Shown piece after piece: positions 16,022 to 24,217 of a DNA stretch of 24,217 bases. The position numbers and the translations under genes were made by a program. The stretch is taken from the NCBI GenBank assembly GCA_038279365.1, contig JAYODI010000087.1, forward strand, positions 1-24,217, in the 5' to 3' direction. The notes beneath the pieces are model-generated. The model had not been told where the DNA came from. It saw only the letters and a list, made by a program, of their open reading frames with translations, and searched no databases. Numbering within the stretch: the stretch's first letter is position 1; each line of letters opens with the position of its first letter. The DNA comes from Candidatus Latescibacterota bacterium. Lineage in GTDB: Bacteria > Latescibacterota > UBA2968.

Positions 16022-18139
16022 ATGAAACGATGGATTGCACTTCTGGTAGTAGGGCTGCTTTTTGGCAGTGCTTATGGCCAGTCCCATCAAATGGGCCAAT
16101 TGTGGACCAACAATCAGGCTGTGTGGCCTGGTGGGTTTGAAGAAAGCCGAACGACCCCCGATATTGGTTATCGGGTTGCAAATTCTTATATGTCTCCGAC
16201 GTTGTTGTATTCATCATTTAATGTGCCCTCTTATTACGAGGCCTCACCCAGTGCTGTGAATACCACGTTGACGTCGTGGGCCAATGATTTGGGTGATGAC
16301 TTGGCAGATTTTTCGGGGACAGATATTACAGGGAAAATTCCACGATTGGGTGACACGCCAAATCCTAAGTTTTTTCGGATTCAACCGCCAACCGTGATAC
16401 AAGATGGCAATACGTTACAAAGCAACAACTGGCGTTTGTTTTCAAATTTAGGTGATGCGGTTCGCTCCGATTTGGGTGCCGATTTTTTGATTGACAGTAA
16501 GTTTGTGACGGCAGAAGGATTGACGGTGCGCACACAGACATATTCGTGGGCAAACAAAGAAGCCGATGACATCATTTTTGAAGTGGTGACGATTACGTAT
16601 CCGACCACTCCTTATGTGATTGACCTTCGAGCGGGTGAACGCGGTGTGGCCGCCAGCCCAGAAACGGCCACAAAAAATCCTGTGATTAACAATTTTCACT
16701 TTGGCTTGGATTATTTCTTGCAACGAGGTGGTGAAGGCCCTGCTGGTGGTGCCCACATTACCATCACACCCGAAGACGGTGGGCGTGCCTATGATGCGGG
16801 GTTGTTGGGTGGTGTTTGGGATGATGTGCATTATTATGACGATACACAAAAGTTGGTCTATTCCCGCGATGGCGATGACAGTGGCAAGGTGGGTTTTCGA
16901 GCTGATGGTGATGACCGAGGTGAACCTGGCCCGGGTCCTGGCGATTTGCTTAACAGTGCCAGTGAAGCCCGCATCAGTGCGGGTGAGTTTATGGAATCGC
17001 ACTACAAAGGGCGCGTGTTTTTACATGTAGACAAAACACCAACCAATAACCCTGATGTATTGGGAGATAACTGGCTGGATGACAACAGCGATCCTGAAAA
17101 TGCACAGCCTCGGCAGATGCGTTGGGTAAAAGGTGAAGCCTGGACAAGCACAACAACTGCCGATCGCAAAACAGTGTATGATTTTTATGTACAGCCGGGT
17201 ACCACACGTGACCAACGCATACAGGGTAACGATGTGGATCAGCCTGGTTATGTGACAACAGAGCAAGTGTATCAATGGTTGAATACCTTTGGCCCTTGGG
17301 ATTTGGCCTTGGGACAAAGCATTCACATTGTGTCTGCATTTATTGTCAATGGACCATCAGATTCGGAGAACAAGCGCGTGGGCAAACAGTGGTTAGATGG
17401 CACAATCACATTTGCACAAAAAGAAGCGTTTTTGGACAGTGGGTATGACTCATTGATGGCGTCTGTTGCTGTGGCGCGCCAGGCTTGGAACAATCGGGTG
17501 GGCATTATGCCCAAGCTCGATCCTGTGCCTGCTTGGCCAGCTCGGTTTGAGGTGGCTTCCGGCCCTGACCAAAATGAATTGAGTTGGGATGCCGTGTCAG
17601 GTGCTGCATCGTATCAGGTTTACAAGCATGTGGGTTTTGAAACAACCCCACCCGAGTTGTTGGCCACAATAAGTGGTACGACATATAATGACACCAATGT
17701 CATTCGTGGCCAGCGTTATTTTTATTCGGTTACTTCGGTAGATGCCAGCGGACGTGAAAGTTCTCGGTTTGCCACGCGCACGTTTGCCGATGGTGTGAGT
17801 CCTTTTCGTGGCCCTGTCGCAGATATCACATCTGTGCGTATTGTGCCCAATCCCTTCCAGATTCAGGGAGGTGATTTGGGGTCTGGTGGGTATAACTTTA
17901 CGGGGCAACCGAATAAGTTGCAGTTTGTAAATTTGCCTGCCAAGGCAATTATTCACATCTTTACCATTACGGGTGATTTGATCACCCGTATTGATCACAC
18001 CTCTGGTTCGGGTGATGAATCTTGGGATTTGATGATTACAGATAACAATCAATTTCTCACGAGTGGGATTTATTTTGCTCACATAGAGAACCCCGATACG
18101 AACGAAAAACACATTGAACGATTTGTTGTGGTCAGATAA
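16022..18139 (+). CDS. Secreted protein with unknown N-terminal domain, fibronectin type III-like domain and T9SS type-A-like C-terminal sorting domain
   Basis: Signal peptide MKRWIALLVVGLLFGSAYG with no lipobox. FN3-like PAWPARFEV...NELSWDAV...YNDTNVIRGQRYFYSVTSVD. CTD-like VRIVPNPF...IHIFTITGDLI...WDL...LTSGIYFAHIE...RFVVVR. GAGGAG SD. Confidence 0.82.
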   Translation: MKRWIALLVVGLLFGSAYGQSHQMGQLWTNNQAVWPGGFEESRTTPDIGYRVANSYMSPTLLYSSFNVPSYYEASPSAVNTTLTSWANDLGDDLADFSGTDITGKIPRLGDTPNPKFFRIQPPTVIQDGNTLQSNNWRLFSNLGDAVRSDLGADFLIDSKFVTAEGLTVRTQTYSWANKEADDIIFEVVTITYPTTPYVIDLRAGERGVAASPETATKNPVINNFHFGLDYFLQRGGEGPAGGAHITITPEDGGRAYDAGLLGGVWDDVHYYDDTQKLVYSRDGDDSGKVGFRADGDDRGEPGPGPGDLLNSASEARISAGEFMESHYKGRVFLHVDKTPTNNPDVLGDNWLDDNSDPENAQPRQMRWVKGEAWTSTTTADRKTVYDFYVQPGTTRDQRIQGNDVDQPGYVTTEQVYQWLNTFGPWDLALGQSIHIVSAFIVNGPSDSENKRVGKQWLDGTITFAQKEAFLDSGYDSLMASVAVARQAWNNRVGIMPKLDPVPAWPARFEVASGPDQNELSWDAVSGAASYQVYKHVGFETTPPELLATISGTTYNDTNVIRGQRYFYSVTSVDASGRESSRFATRTFADGVSPFRGPVADITSVRIVPNPFQIQGGDLGSGGYNFTGQPNKLQFVNLPAKAIIHIFTITGDLITRIDHTSGSGDESWDLMITDNNQFLTSGIYFAHIENPDTNEKHIERFVVVR

Positions 18140-18148
18140 TGAATAGCT

Positions 18149-18202
18149 TTCAGCAGTCAGCTTGATTCTTTTGAATGGTAAATCGATGGTTGACATGCTG
18201 AA
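18149..18202 (+). other. Imperfect intergenic hairpin between the CTD protein and the PorV-like gene
   Basis: TTCAGCA-GTCAGC-TTGATT pairs with AATCGA-tg-GTTGAC-a-TGCTGAA. There is no U-tract. Confidence 0.5.
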
Positions 18203-18226
18203 TGCCTTGAAATTAAGGAGGTTGTT

Positions 18227-19312
18227 GTGAAAAAGATCAAACTGGCCACAATGATGATCGCCCTTTTTATAGGGGTGAGTTTGGTGGCTCATCAAGCAGA
18301 AGCACAAGTTCAAGACCTTCAACCGGTGTTGCCCGGCCTTCCAGAATTGGATCCTGCTTTTATTAAGGTTGGCCAGGCAGGTTTTACGTTTTTAAAATTG
18401 CCTACCGATGCGCGTAATGCCGCATTGTCTGGCGCTGGAGTGGGGCAAATAGGGAGTGCGGCAGGTGTGTTTTTAAACCCCGCGACCTTGGCATTTTTTG
18501 AAGGCCGAGAAGCGTTTTTTACCCATGTAGAATGGATTGCGGATACCAAAGCCGAAGTGGTGGGTGCGGCATTTAACATTCCAGGGCGTGGTACTGTGGG
18601 CATTGGTTTTCAGACCTATGATGCGGGTACGTTTAACGGCACGTCTATAGACCCAAATCCTGCGGGGAAAGGTTTTAAAGACGACGGCCCATTTACCACA
18701 ACCAACTATGCCTTAACGGTTGGTTATGGTATGAAGATTACCGACCGTTTTGCGATTGGGGCCAATATTAAATTGGCGCATCAAGATTTGGGTACGGGGA
18801 ATGTGTTGATTGGGAGTAACCGCACGTCGGTGAGCAACTCGAAAAATGCATTTGCTGTGGATTTGGGCACGTATTTTAATACGGGTTTTAGAAATACTGT
18901 ATTGGCGATGACGGTTCAAAACTTCAGCCAAGAGTTGACTTATCAGCGCGAATCATTTGAGTTGCCACGCAATATTCGACTGGGCCTGTTAATTGATGTG
19001 TTGTCGATGGCGGGCAATACACCTGTACCCCATCATCTCAACTTGGCGCTGGATGTGACCAATCCTGTCGATTTTGATGAACAAATATTGGCTGGTTTGG
19101 AGTATACGTATCAAGCCGCTGGCAGCCCACTTGGTTTTTCGGGGCGTGGAGGGTATAAAACCAATCACGATACGGAAAGCTATTCGTTTGGGGGCGGGGT
19201 GAAGTATATGACCGAAGCTGGGCGGGGGTTGAAATTGGATTATGCCTATACAAAATTTGATGCCCATTTCTTTTCATCTGTGCACGTTTTGACAGTGGGT
19301 GTCGATTTTTAG
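18227..19312 (+). CDS. PorV/PorQ-family (FadL-like) outer-membrane beta-barrel
   Basis: GTG start with AAGGAGG SD and a signal peptide. Family-like N-terminal motif GFTFLKLPTDARNAALSGA...VFLNPATLA. Amphipathic beta-strands, LDYAY, and C-terminal VGVDF. Confidence 0.85.
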   Translation: MKKIKLATMMIALFIGVSLVAHQAEAQVQDLQPVLPGLPELDPAFIKVGQAGFTFLKLPTDARNAALSGAGVGQIGSAAGVFLNPATLAFFEGREAFFTHVEWIADTKAEVVGAAFNIPGRGTVGIGFQTYDAGTFNGTSIDPNPAGKGFKDDGPFTTTNYALTVGYGMKITDRFAIGANIKLAHQDLGTGNVLIGSNRTSVSNSKNAFAVDLGTYFNTGFRNTVLAMTVQNFSQELTYQRESFELPRNIRLGLLIDVLSMAGNTPVPHHLNLALDVTNPVDFDEQILAGLEYTYQAAGSPLGFSGRGGYKTNHDTESYSFGGGVKYMTEAGRGLKLDYAYTKFDAHFFSSVHVLTVGVDF

Positions 19313-19338
19313 TGTAAGCTTTAGATGTGGTTTATAAG

Positions 19339-19381
19339 AAAAAAACAGTGGTGGGACCTTGCGTCCTACCACTGTTTTTTT
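19339..19381 (+). terminator. Intrinsic terminator closing the TonB-receptor cassette
   Basis: A-tract, CAGTGGTGGGAC-cttgc-GTCCTACCACTG stem, then TTTTTTT. Confidence 0.88.
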
Positions 19382-19438
19382 ACATGTTTGGCAAGAGCGT
19401 TGAGATCGTAGATTTATAAAAAGAGGGGTCACAAAGTT

Positions 19439-21364
19439 ATGGGTGGGATGTATAGAAAAAGTTTTTTGTGTTTATTTGTTTTTTGTTTTTTGGGGTGTTT
19501 GGCACCCGATCCCATTTATGAATCGTTGGGAACGGCAGATACCGAGACCCAAGTGAAACACCAAGGGACATCTGCACCTCTTACTTTGGATGCATCTATT
19601 TTAAAAGCCCGCACATTTGGCGAAGCCCCCATGTTGGCTGAAAAAGTAAAACGGGGAGAATTGTCACCTGTGTCTGAGCGGTTGCCAGACAATCCATTGG
19701 TGATTGTGCCATTGGATGAAATTGGACAGTATGGAGGGACAATAAAGCGTGCATTGACAGGTGATATTGTTCAAACGCCCGGTGTGAGCAAAACCCTTAA
19801 TGAAAATTTAATGGGCTACGAGCGCCCTTTGCCAAATCGTATTTTATATAATTTGGCCGAAAGCCACGAATTTCAAGAAAATGGTAAAATAGCGATTTTT
19901 AAAATTCGGAAAGGCATTAAATGGTCAGACGGTGTGCCATTTACGGTAGATGATATTCTTTTTTGGTATGAAGATATGACCTTGAACGACGATGCGCGCA
20001 GCAGCCCATTGTTTCCGGATGCATGGTTGGTTGAGGGCAAGCCGATTCACATGGAAAAGGTGGATGATTATACCCTTCGGTTTCGATCTCACAAACCATT
20101 GGGGCGCATTCTTGATATTTTGTGCAGCGATTGGATTGCGTTGCCCAAACATGTGTATGCCTCGTATCATCCTAAGTATAATTCCCGTGCCACTTATGAA
20201 GCGTTGCGCGACAGTACGACAACGGCGCAAATACTATTTAAGCCTCATGTGCCTCGGTTGTCGGCTTGGGTACCGGTTGAATGGATACGTGGACAAAGGC
20301 TTATTTATGAACGAAATCCTTATTATTTTAAAGTAGACAGTGCGGGCAATCAGTTGCCTTATGCCGATCGTTTGGTCTTTAATGTGATTCAAGACCCGCA
20401 AGTAATTTTGCTCCGGTTTATGAATGGTGAGTTGGATTTGTTGGGGCGATATGCACAGATCAATATGTTTTCGACCCTCAAAGCAGAAGAACGAAATGGC
20501 AAGTTTAAGATTCGGTTGGGAACGCCGGTTCCTGTTTCTACTTTTCGTATCAACTGGGATGCACCTCGGGTTGAATTGCGCAAGGCTTTTCGAGACAAGC
20601 GGGTTCGTGTGGCCCTGTCTTTGGCGATGAATCGTGAAGAGGTGAGCCAAATTTTGTATCACGGATTGCTTGAACCTGCTGGGCATTCTTTTGGGCCGTC
20701 CAGCCGTTATTATTCTGCAGAAGCCGCTCAAAAACATGCTCAATACGACCCAGAAAAAGCACGGCGCTTGCTTGATGAGGCCGGTTATGTTGATGCTAAT
20801 GGTGATGGGGTTCGCGAATTGGGTGATGGGGAGCCATTTCGGATTACGATTGATGTGATTCCGGGCATGGGGGTGGATGTTTGCCAGTTGGTAGGTGATT
20901 ACTGGCGCAATGTGGGCATTGATGTAAATTTGAACATTGCGCTACGAGACATTCTTTTTCCGAGATGGAACAGTGGTGAGTTTGAAATATTTTGGTGGTG
21001 GGGGTGGTCGGATGATGCGGTTGTGAATCGGGGAGATTGGGGCATCACGGGGCCTAACCAACCCGGATGGCATCGCAATGCTGAAAAAGAAGGCCCAGAA
21101 TGGCTTTTTGAAGCAACACGACTGCTTGAAGAAGTGGGTACGACAGTAGATACGGTTAAAGTGAGAGAGAATATGACTCGGATTAGAGACATTTATGCCG
21201 AAAGCGTGGCACTGATTATTCCTGGTTTTGCATATCATGTTTGGGGAGCCAGCACGCGGTTGGGCAATGTGCCAGAAGAGAGCACTACGGCAGATGGATA
21301 CCGGGGGTGGAGCCGACCAGTGTTTCATGAGCAATTATACATTAAAAAAGCTTTGGACAATTAA
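19439..21364 (+). CDS. Family-5 (OppA/DppA/NikA-like) solute-binding lipoprotein
   Basis: Lipobox FCFLG-C. Motifs FGEAPMLAEKVKRGELSPVSERLPDNPLV...IGQYGG, IRKGIKWSDGVPFTVDDILF, ERNPYYFKVDSAGNQLPY and YDPEKARRLLDEAG. The start may be 19448. Confidence 0.92.
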   Translation: MGGMYRKSFLCLFVFCFLGCLAPDPIYESLGTADTETQVKHQGTSAPLTLDASILKARTFGEAPMLAEKVKRGELSPVSERLPDNPLVIVPLDEIGQYGGTIKRALTGDIVQTPGVSKTLNENLMGYERPLPNRILYNLAESHEFQENGKIAIFKIRKGIKWSDGVPFTVDDILFWYEDMTLNDDARSSPLFPDAWLVEGKPIHMEKVDDYTLRFRSHKPLGRILDILCSDWIALPKHVYASYHPKYNSRATYEALRDSTTTAQILFKPHVPRLSAWVPVEWIRGQRLIYERNPYYFKVDSAGNQLPYADRLVFNVIQDPQVILLRFMNGELDLLGRYAQINMFSTLKAEERNGKFKIRLGTPVPVSTFRINWDAPRVELRKAFRDKRVRVALSLAMNREEVSQILYHGLLEPAGHSFGPSSRYYSAEAAQKHAQYDPEKARRLLDEAGYVDANGDGVRELGDGEPFRITIDVIPGMGVDVCQLVGDYWRNVGIDVNLNIALRDILFPRWNSGEFEIFWWWGWSDDAVVNRGDWGITGPNQPGWHRNAEKEGPEWLFEATRLLEEVGTTVDTVKVRENMTRIRDIYAESVALIIPGFAYHVWGASTRLGNVPEESTTADGYRGWSRPVFHEQLYIKKALDN

Positions 21365-21427
21365 TTTTATAGTGGTGTGGTTGAGCGTTCACATCTTTGG
21401 ATAGGTATCCTTATAAGGGTTTTAGGT

Positions 21428-24007
21428 ATGATTAAAACGCTTGGTTTTGTGATGGTCTTAATTTTTATGGGCGTGGTTTCGCTCAACGCCGATGCATTGA
21501 TGTTTGGTGATCGGTTTGGGGCACGCGAAGATGCTTTGGCTGCGGTATTGATTTTGGAATGGGCAGGTGAAGACAGTGCTCAGGCCTATCGGGAATTGGA
21601 TCTAAAAGAAAAAGCAGTGTATTTGCAGTCGTTTTGGCAGGCTCACAATCCGTTGTTTGGGCGGTTATATTATGGCTATCATTTGGGGTTTCGGTATTTG
21701 ACGGTGTCTGATGCTTTTTTTGAGCAAGGTGATTTGATTCCTGCTCAATATAAACTTCATGCAGTTGCACCCGATGGGCATATGGTGAATGAATCGGTGG
21801 CTTTGTGCAAACGCATTTTGGCAGAAGCACCCGATGATTTGGTGGCCCAATGTGCCCTTGGTTATGGGCTTTTGGAACAGGGCAAAGGTGTTGAAGCTGA
21901 GCGGGTCTTTTTGAAAGTCATTCAGAAGGACAAACACTTTTTGGCGGCCCGGCATGGGCGGGCATTGGCGTGTTTGATTCAACACAAGCGCGTGCGCACA
22001 GCATTAAATTACTTTAGGGAAACGGTATCGCTTGATACGGATTATGAAGCGGCTGTTTATAATTTTGCTATGTGTCATTTGGCTATGCGCAGTGTGGATC
22101 TCAACCATCATTTTGGCAATGTGGTCAAACGCTATCCAAGGCATTACGATGCGTATTATAAGTTGGGTGTGTTTTATGAATCTTTGCGGTATTTCAATAA
22201 AGCGGTGGAGGCCTATTCCAAACAGGTGGCCTTCAACCCTGCGCATAAAGCAGCAAAGGGTAAATTATCCCGTGTGAGTTTGGAGATGCGATACATGAAT
22301 GAGATTGTACATACGACCATCGAATTGCAAGATTTGATTGAAAAAGATCCCAAACAATACTTGCCTTTGTTGGCGGCACAACAGCTGTCAGAACGTGAAT
22401 ATGAAGCTTCTGGTGAGGCGTACAAAAAGTATTTGGCCTTGTTGGCAGAAACGGAACGCGCTTATTATGAAGATGTATCCCTTTTGACAACACCAGAAGA
22501 GCAACAAGCACTTCAATGGTCGAGTGGGCTTGAGAAACGGCATTTGTTGGCGTGGTTTTGGCGCAAAAAAGATCCCACACCCACCACACCGGTTAATGAA
22601 CGGCAACTGGAACACTATCGACGTGTGCATTATGCCCGACAAAATTACTCAGAAGGGAAACAGCCTTGGGATCAGCGTGGTGAGGTTTACATACGGTTTG
22701 GCCACCCCGACCACCGCAGTTGGTCGGATCACTTGGTTTTTGAAACCGATAAGGATGTGGTTAAGGTGAAGAATCGGTTATCCAATTTGGCATTTGATGC
22801 CCTTGATGAGGTCGTACCCACGGGTTTTTACAATGGTGCGGAGTCTTTTGGGAACAATATGTTTCGCGCCGAAATGGCAGAAGTGAGAGGGTTTCCCATT
22901 TTTCCATTGCCACACCAAGGTTCGGTGTTTCGCGATGGTGCTTCATTAAATTCCAAATGGGAGTCGTGGATTTATGCCCATATTGGTGATGGGTTTGAGG
23001 TGACTTTTCACGATGCGTTGGGCGATTATGATTTTGAATTTCCAATGCCCCCGGTGAATTCGCCCAATTATCGGTTGTGGCAACATTTGGCACCTGAGAC
23101 TGTGGTGGGGCGTGCCATTCAAAAAGCCCCATCGGTTTATGCATATCATTATGGGGGCGATCCGTTGTCATTGTATTTGTCTACAGCAGATTTTAAAGGT
23201 ATGGATCAGCATTCCATATTGGATGTGTATTTGGGTGTTGCGTGGCAAGATTTGCAGGTGAAGAAACACGGTGGAAGTTTTGTGGCACATTTAAATCGTA
23301 CTTTTGTTTTGTTTGATTCGACAGGTGTTGAGCAGGTGCGCGATACGCTTCAGGCTGAAGCGATGGTCAACAAGGAGGTTGGCGATCAGTTGTGGGTGGA
23401 TCAGGCGCGGTTTGATGTGGCACCGGGGCGTTATTTTTTGGCTGCGCGGGTAACTGATCCGAATTCGGGAAGGTTGCAAATCTTTCGGCAAGAGGTGGAG
23501 GTGGAACCCTATGTGTCGCCCATATTGATGGTGAGTGATTTGGTGGTGGCTGGAAAGATTGAGGAGTTGGGCGCGTCTGATGTTGGTAAATTTGTGCGTG
23601 GTGATGTGGAAGTGGTGCCGTTGCCATCGCACACCATTTTACCCGGACAGACGGTGTATTTGTATTATGAGGTGTATCATTTGTTTCGCAACGATGTGGG
23701 GCAAACGCATTTTCAAGTGGATTATGCGGTGCAGGGTGTGTCGGAAAAAGTGGGGTCTCGTTTGTTGAGAGGGCTGGGTCATTTGTTGGGTGTGACGCCT
23801 GATGGTGAAGGTGTGAAGGTTTCTTATGAGCACAAAGGGATTTCTGATAATGAGCCGATTCATGTGGCCCTTGATTTGAGCGAAACAGAGGTGAAGCGTG
23901 TTAAAATATCTGTTACTGTACAGGATTTGCTTCGGGCAGGGAAACCCAAACAGGTGAAGTCGGTCACTGTGGTGATTGGTGAGGACAGATCGGCGGTGTT
24001 GCGCTGA
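21428..24007 (+). CDS. Exported GWxTD-domain protein with TPRs (paralog of 5016..8471 lacking the N-terminal beta module)
   Basis: In-frame ATG 21428 gives the signal peptide MIKTLGFVMVLIFMGVVSLNA. TPRs follow, then FWRKKDPTPTTPVNERQLEHYRRV...PWDQRGEVYIRFGHPD...WESWIY. C-terminal LMVSDL...PLPS...VYLYYEVYHL. Confidence 0.85.
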   Translation: MIKTLGFVMVLIFMGVVSLNADALMFGDRFGAREDALAAVLILEWAGEDSAQAYRELDLKEKAVYLQSFWQAHNPLFGRLYYGYHLGFRYLTVSDAFFEQGDLIPAQYKLHAVAPDGHMVNESVALCKRILAEAPDDLVAQCALGYGLLEQGKGVEAERVFLKVIQKDKHFLAARHGRALACLIQHKRVRTALNYFRETVSLDTDYEAAVYNFAMCHLAMRSVDLNHHFGNVVKRYPRHYDAYYKLGVFYESLRYFNKAVEAYSKQVAFNPAHKAAKGKLSRVSLEMRYMNEIVHTTIELQDLIEKDPKQYLPLLAAQQLSEREYEASGEAYKKYLALLAETERAYYEDVSLLTTPEEQQALQWSSGLEKRHLLAWFWRKKDPTPTTPVNERQLEHYRRVHYARQNYSEGKQPWDQRGEVYIRFGHPDHRSWSDHLVFETDKDVVKVKNRLSNLAFDALDEVVPTGFYNGAESFGNNMFRAEMAEVRGFPIFPLPHQGSVFRDGASLNSKWESWIYAHIGDGFEVTFHDALGDYDFEFPMPPVNSPNYRLWQHLAPETVVGRAIQKAPSVYAYHYGGDPLSLYLSTADFKGMDQHSILDVYLGVAWQDLQVKKHGGSFVAHLNRTFVLFDSTGVEQVRDTLQAEAMVNKEVGDQLWVDQARFDVAPGRYFLAARVTDPNSGRLQIFRQEVEVEPYVSPILMVSDLVVAGKIEELGASDVGKFVRGDVEVVPLPSHTILPGQTVYLYYEVYHLFRNDVGQTHFQVDYAVQGVSEKVGSRLLRGLGHLLGVTPDGEGVKVSYEHKGISDNEPIHVALDLSETEVKRVKISVTVQDLLRAGKPKQVKSVTVVIGEDRSAVLR

Positions 24008-24047
24008 TGTGTTGATATGGCAAGTGTGTTATTTCCAAGTATGATTC

Positions 24048-24088
24048 AAAAAGTCCCCGACAGGATAAACATGGTCGGGGACTTTTTT
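24048..24088. terminator. Bidirectional intrinsic terminator
   Basis: AAAAAGTCCCCGAC-N12-GTCGGGGACTTTTTT, lying between convergent genes. Confidence 0.88.
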
Positions 24089-24113
24089 GTGGGTGCAATG
24101 TTGAAATAGCGAA

Positions 24114-24217
24114 TCATTGTGTTTTTAACCAGTCTTTTTTGAGCAGGGCGTAATATTTGAGATCGACAAATTGGTTTTTGACAAAGGCGACTTCGCGTAA
24201 GGTGCCTTCATACGTCA
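24114..24217 (-). CDS. C-terminal fragment of a RimJ/RimL-type GNAT acetyltransferase (5' part outside the window)
   Basis: Hand translation gives ...TYEGTLREVAFVKNQFVDLKYYALLKKDWLKTQ*. This fits the typical EGxLR...D...Y.LL..DW ending of RimJ/RimL proteins. Confidence 0.75.
   Translation of the reverse strand, partial: TYEGTLREVAFVKNQFVDLKYYALLKKDWLKTQ

Noticed and set aside
16022-18139. Calling the receptor and its neighbour susC/susD
   Set aside because: The neighbour lacks a lipoprotein Cys and SusD-like helical repeats, and I do not see SusC/RagA signature motifs in the receptor.
17597-18322. 241 aa antisense ORF, and the other short antisense or alternate-frame ORFs such as 6777..7379, 16448..17002 and 6156..6707
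   Set aside because: They lie opposite or within well-supported genes and show no recognisable motifs, so they are treated as shadow ORFs.
21377-21427. GTG start of the second GWxTD ORF
   Set aside because: ATG 21428 gives a clean signal peptide. The longer form adds an atypical extension.
1-24217. CRISPR arrays, tRNA/rRNA, transposases, integrases, phage or defence genes
   Set aside because: None were recognised. Intergenic gaps are short and contain no regularly spaced repeats.

Overview
Gene-dense 24 kb bacterial window encoding almost only cell-envelope proteins. A T9SS-type C-terminal domain, a PorV-like barrel and GWxTD proteins occur together with canonical AGGAG Shine-Dalgarno sites and a TTGACA-N17-TAAATT promoter. 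This points to a non-Bacteroidetes FCB-group lineage such as Latescibacterota (inference). Layout: (1) a leftward pair, a His-motif membrane protein and a TPR-parvulin PPIase lipoprotein cut by the left edge; (2) a rightward operon of PhyH-type dioxygenase, DUF6785/6784-like membrane protein, GWxTD/TPR protein, GT-C/TPR glycosyltransferase and a second DUF6785/6784 paralog; (3) a self-contained cassette with its own promoter and long structured leader, encoding a TonB-dependent receptor, a secreted FN3 plus T9SS-CTD protein and a PorV/PorQ-like barrel; (4) an orphan family-5 solute-binding lipoprotein and a second GWxTD protein, closed by a bidirectional terminator shared with a convergent GNAT gene fragment. 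No rRNA, tRNA, CRISPR array or mobile element was recognised. The most interesting hypothesis is an uncharacterised SusD-independent import system spanning both membranes. All family assignments come from motif recognition by eye, not from database searches.
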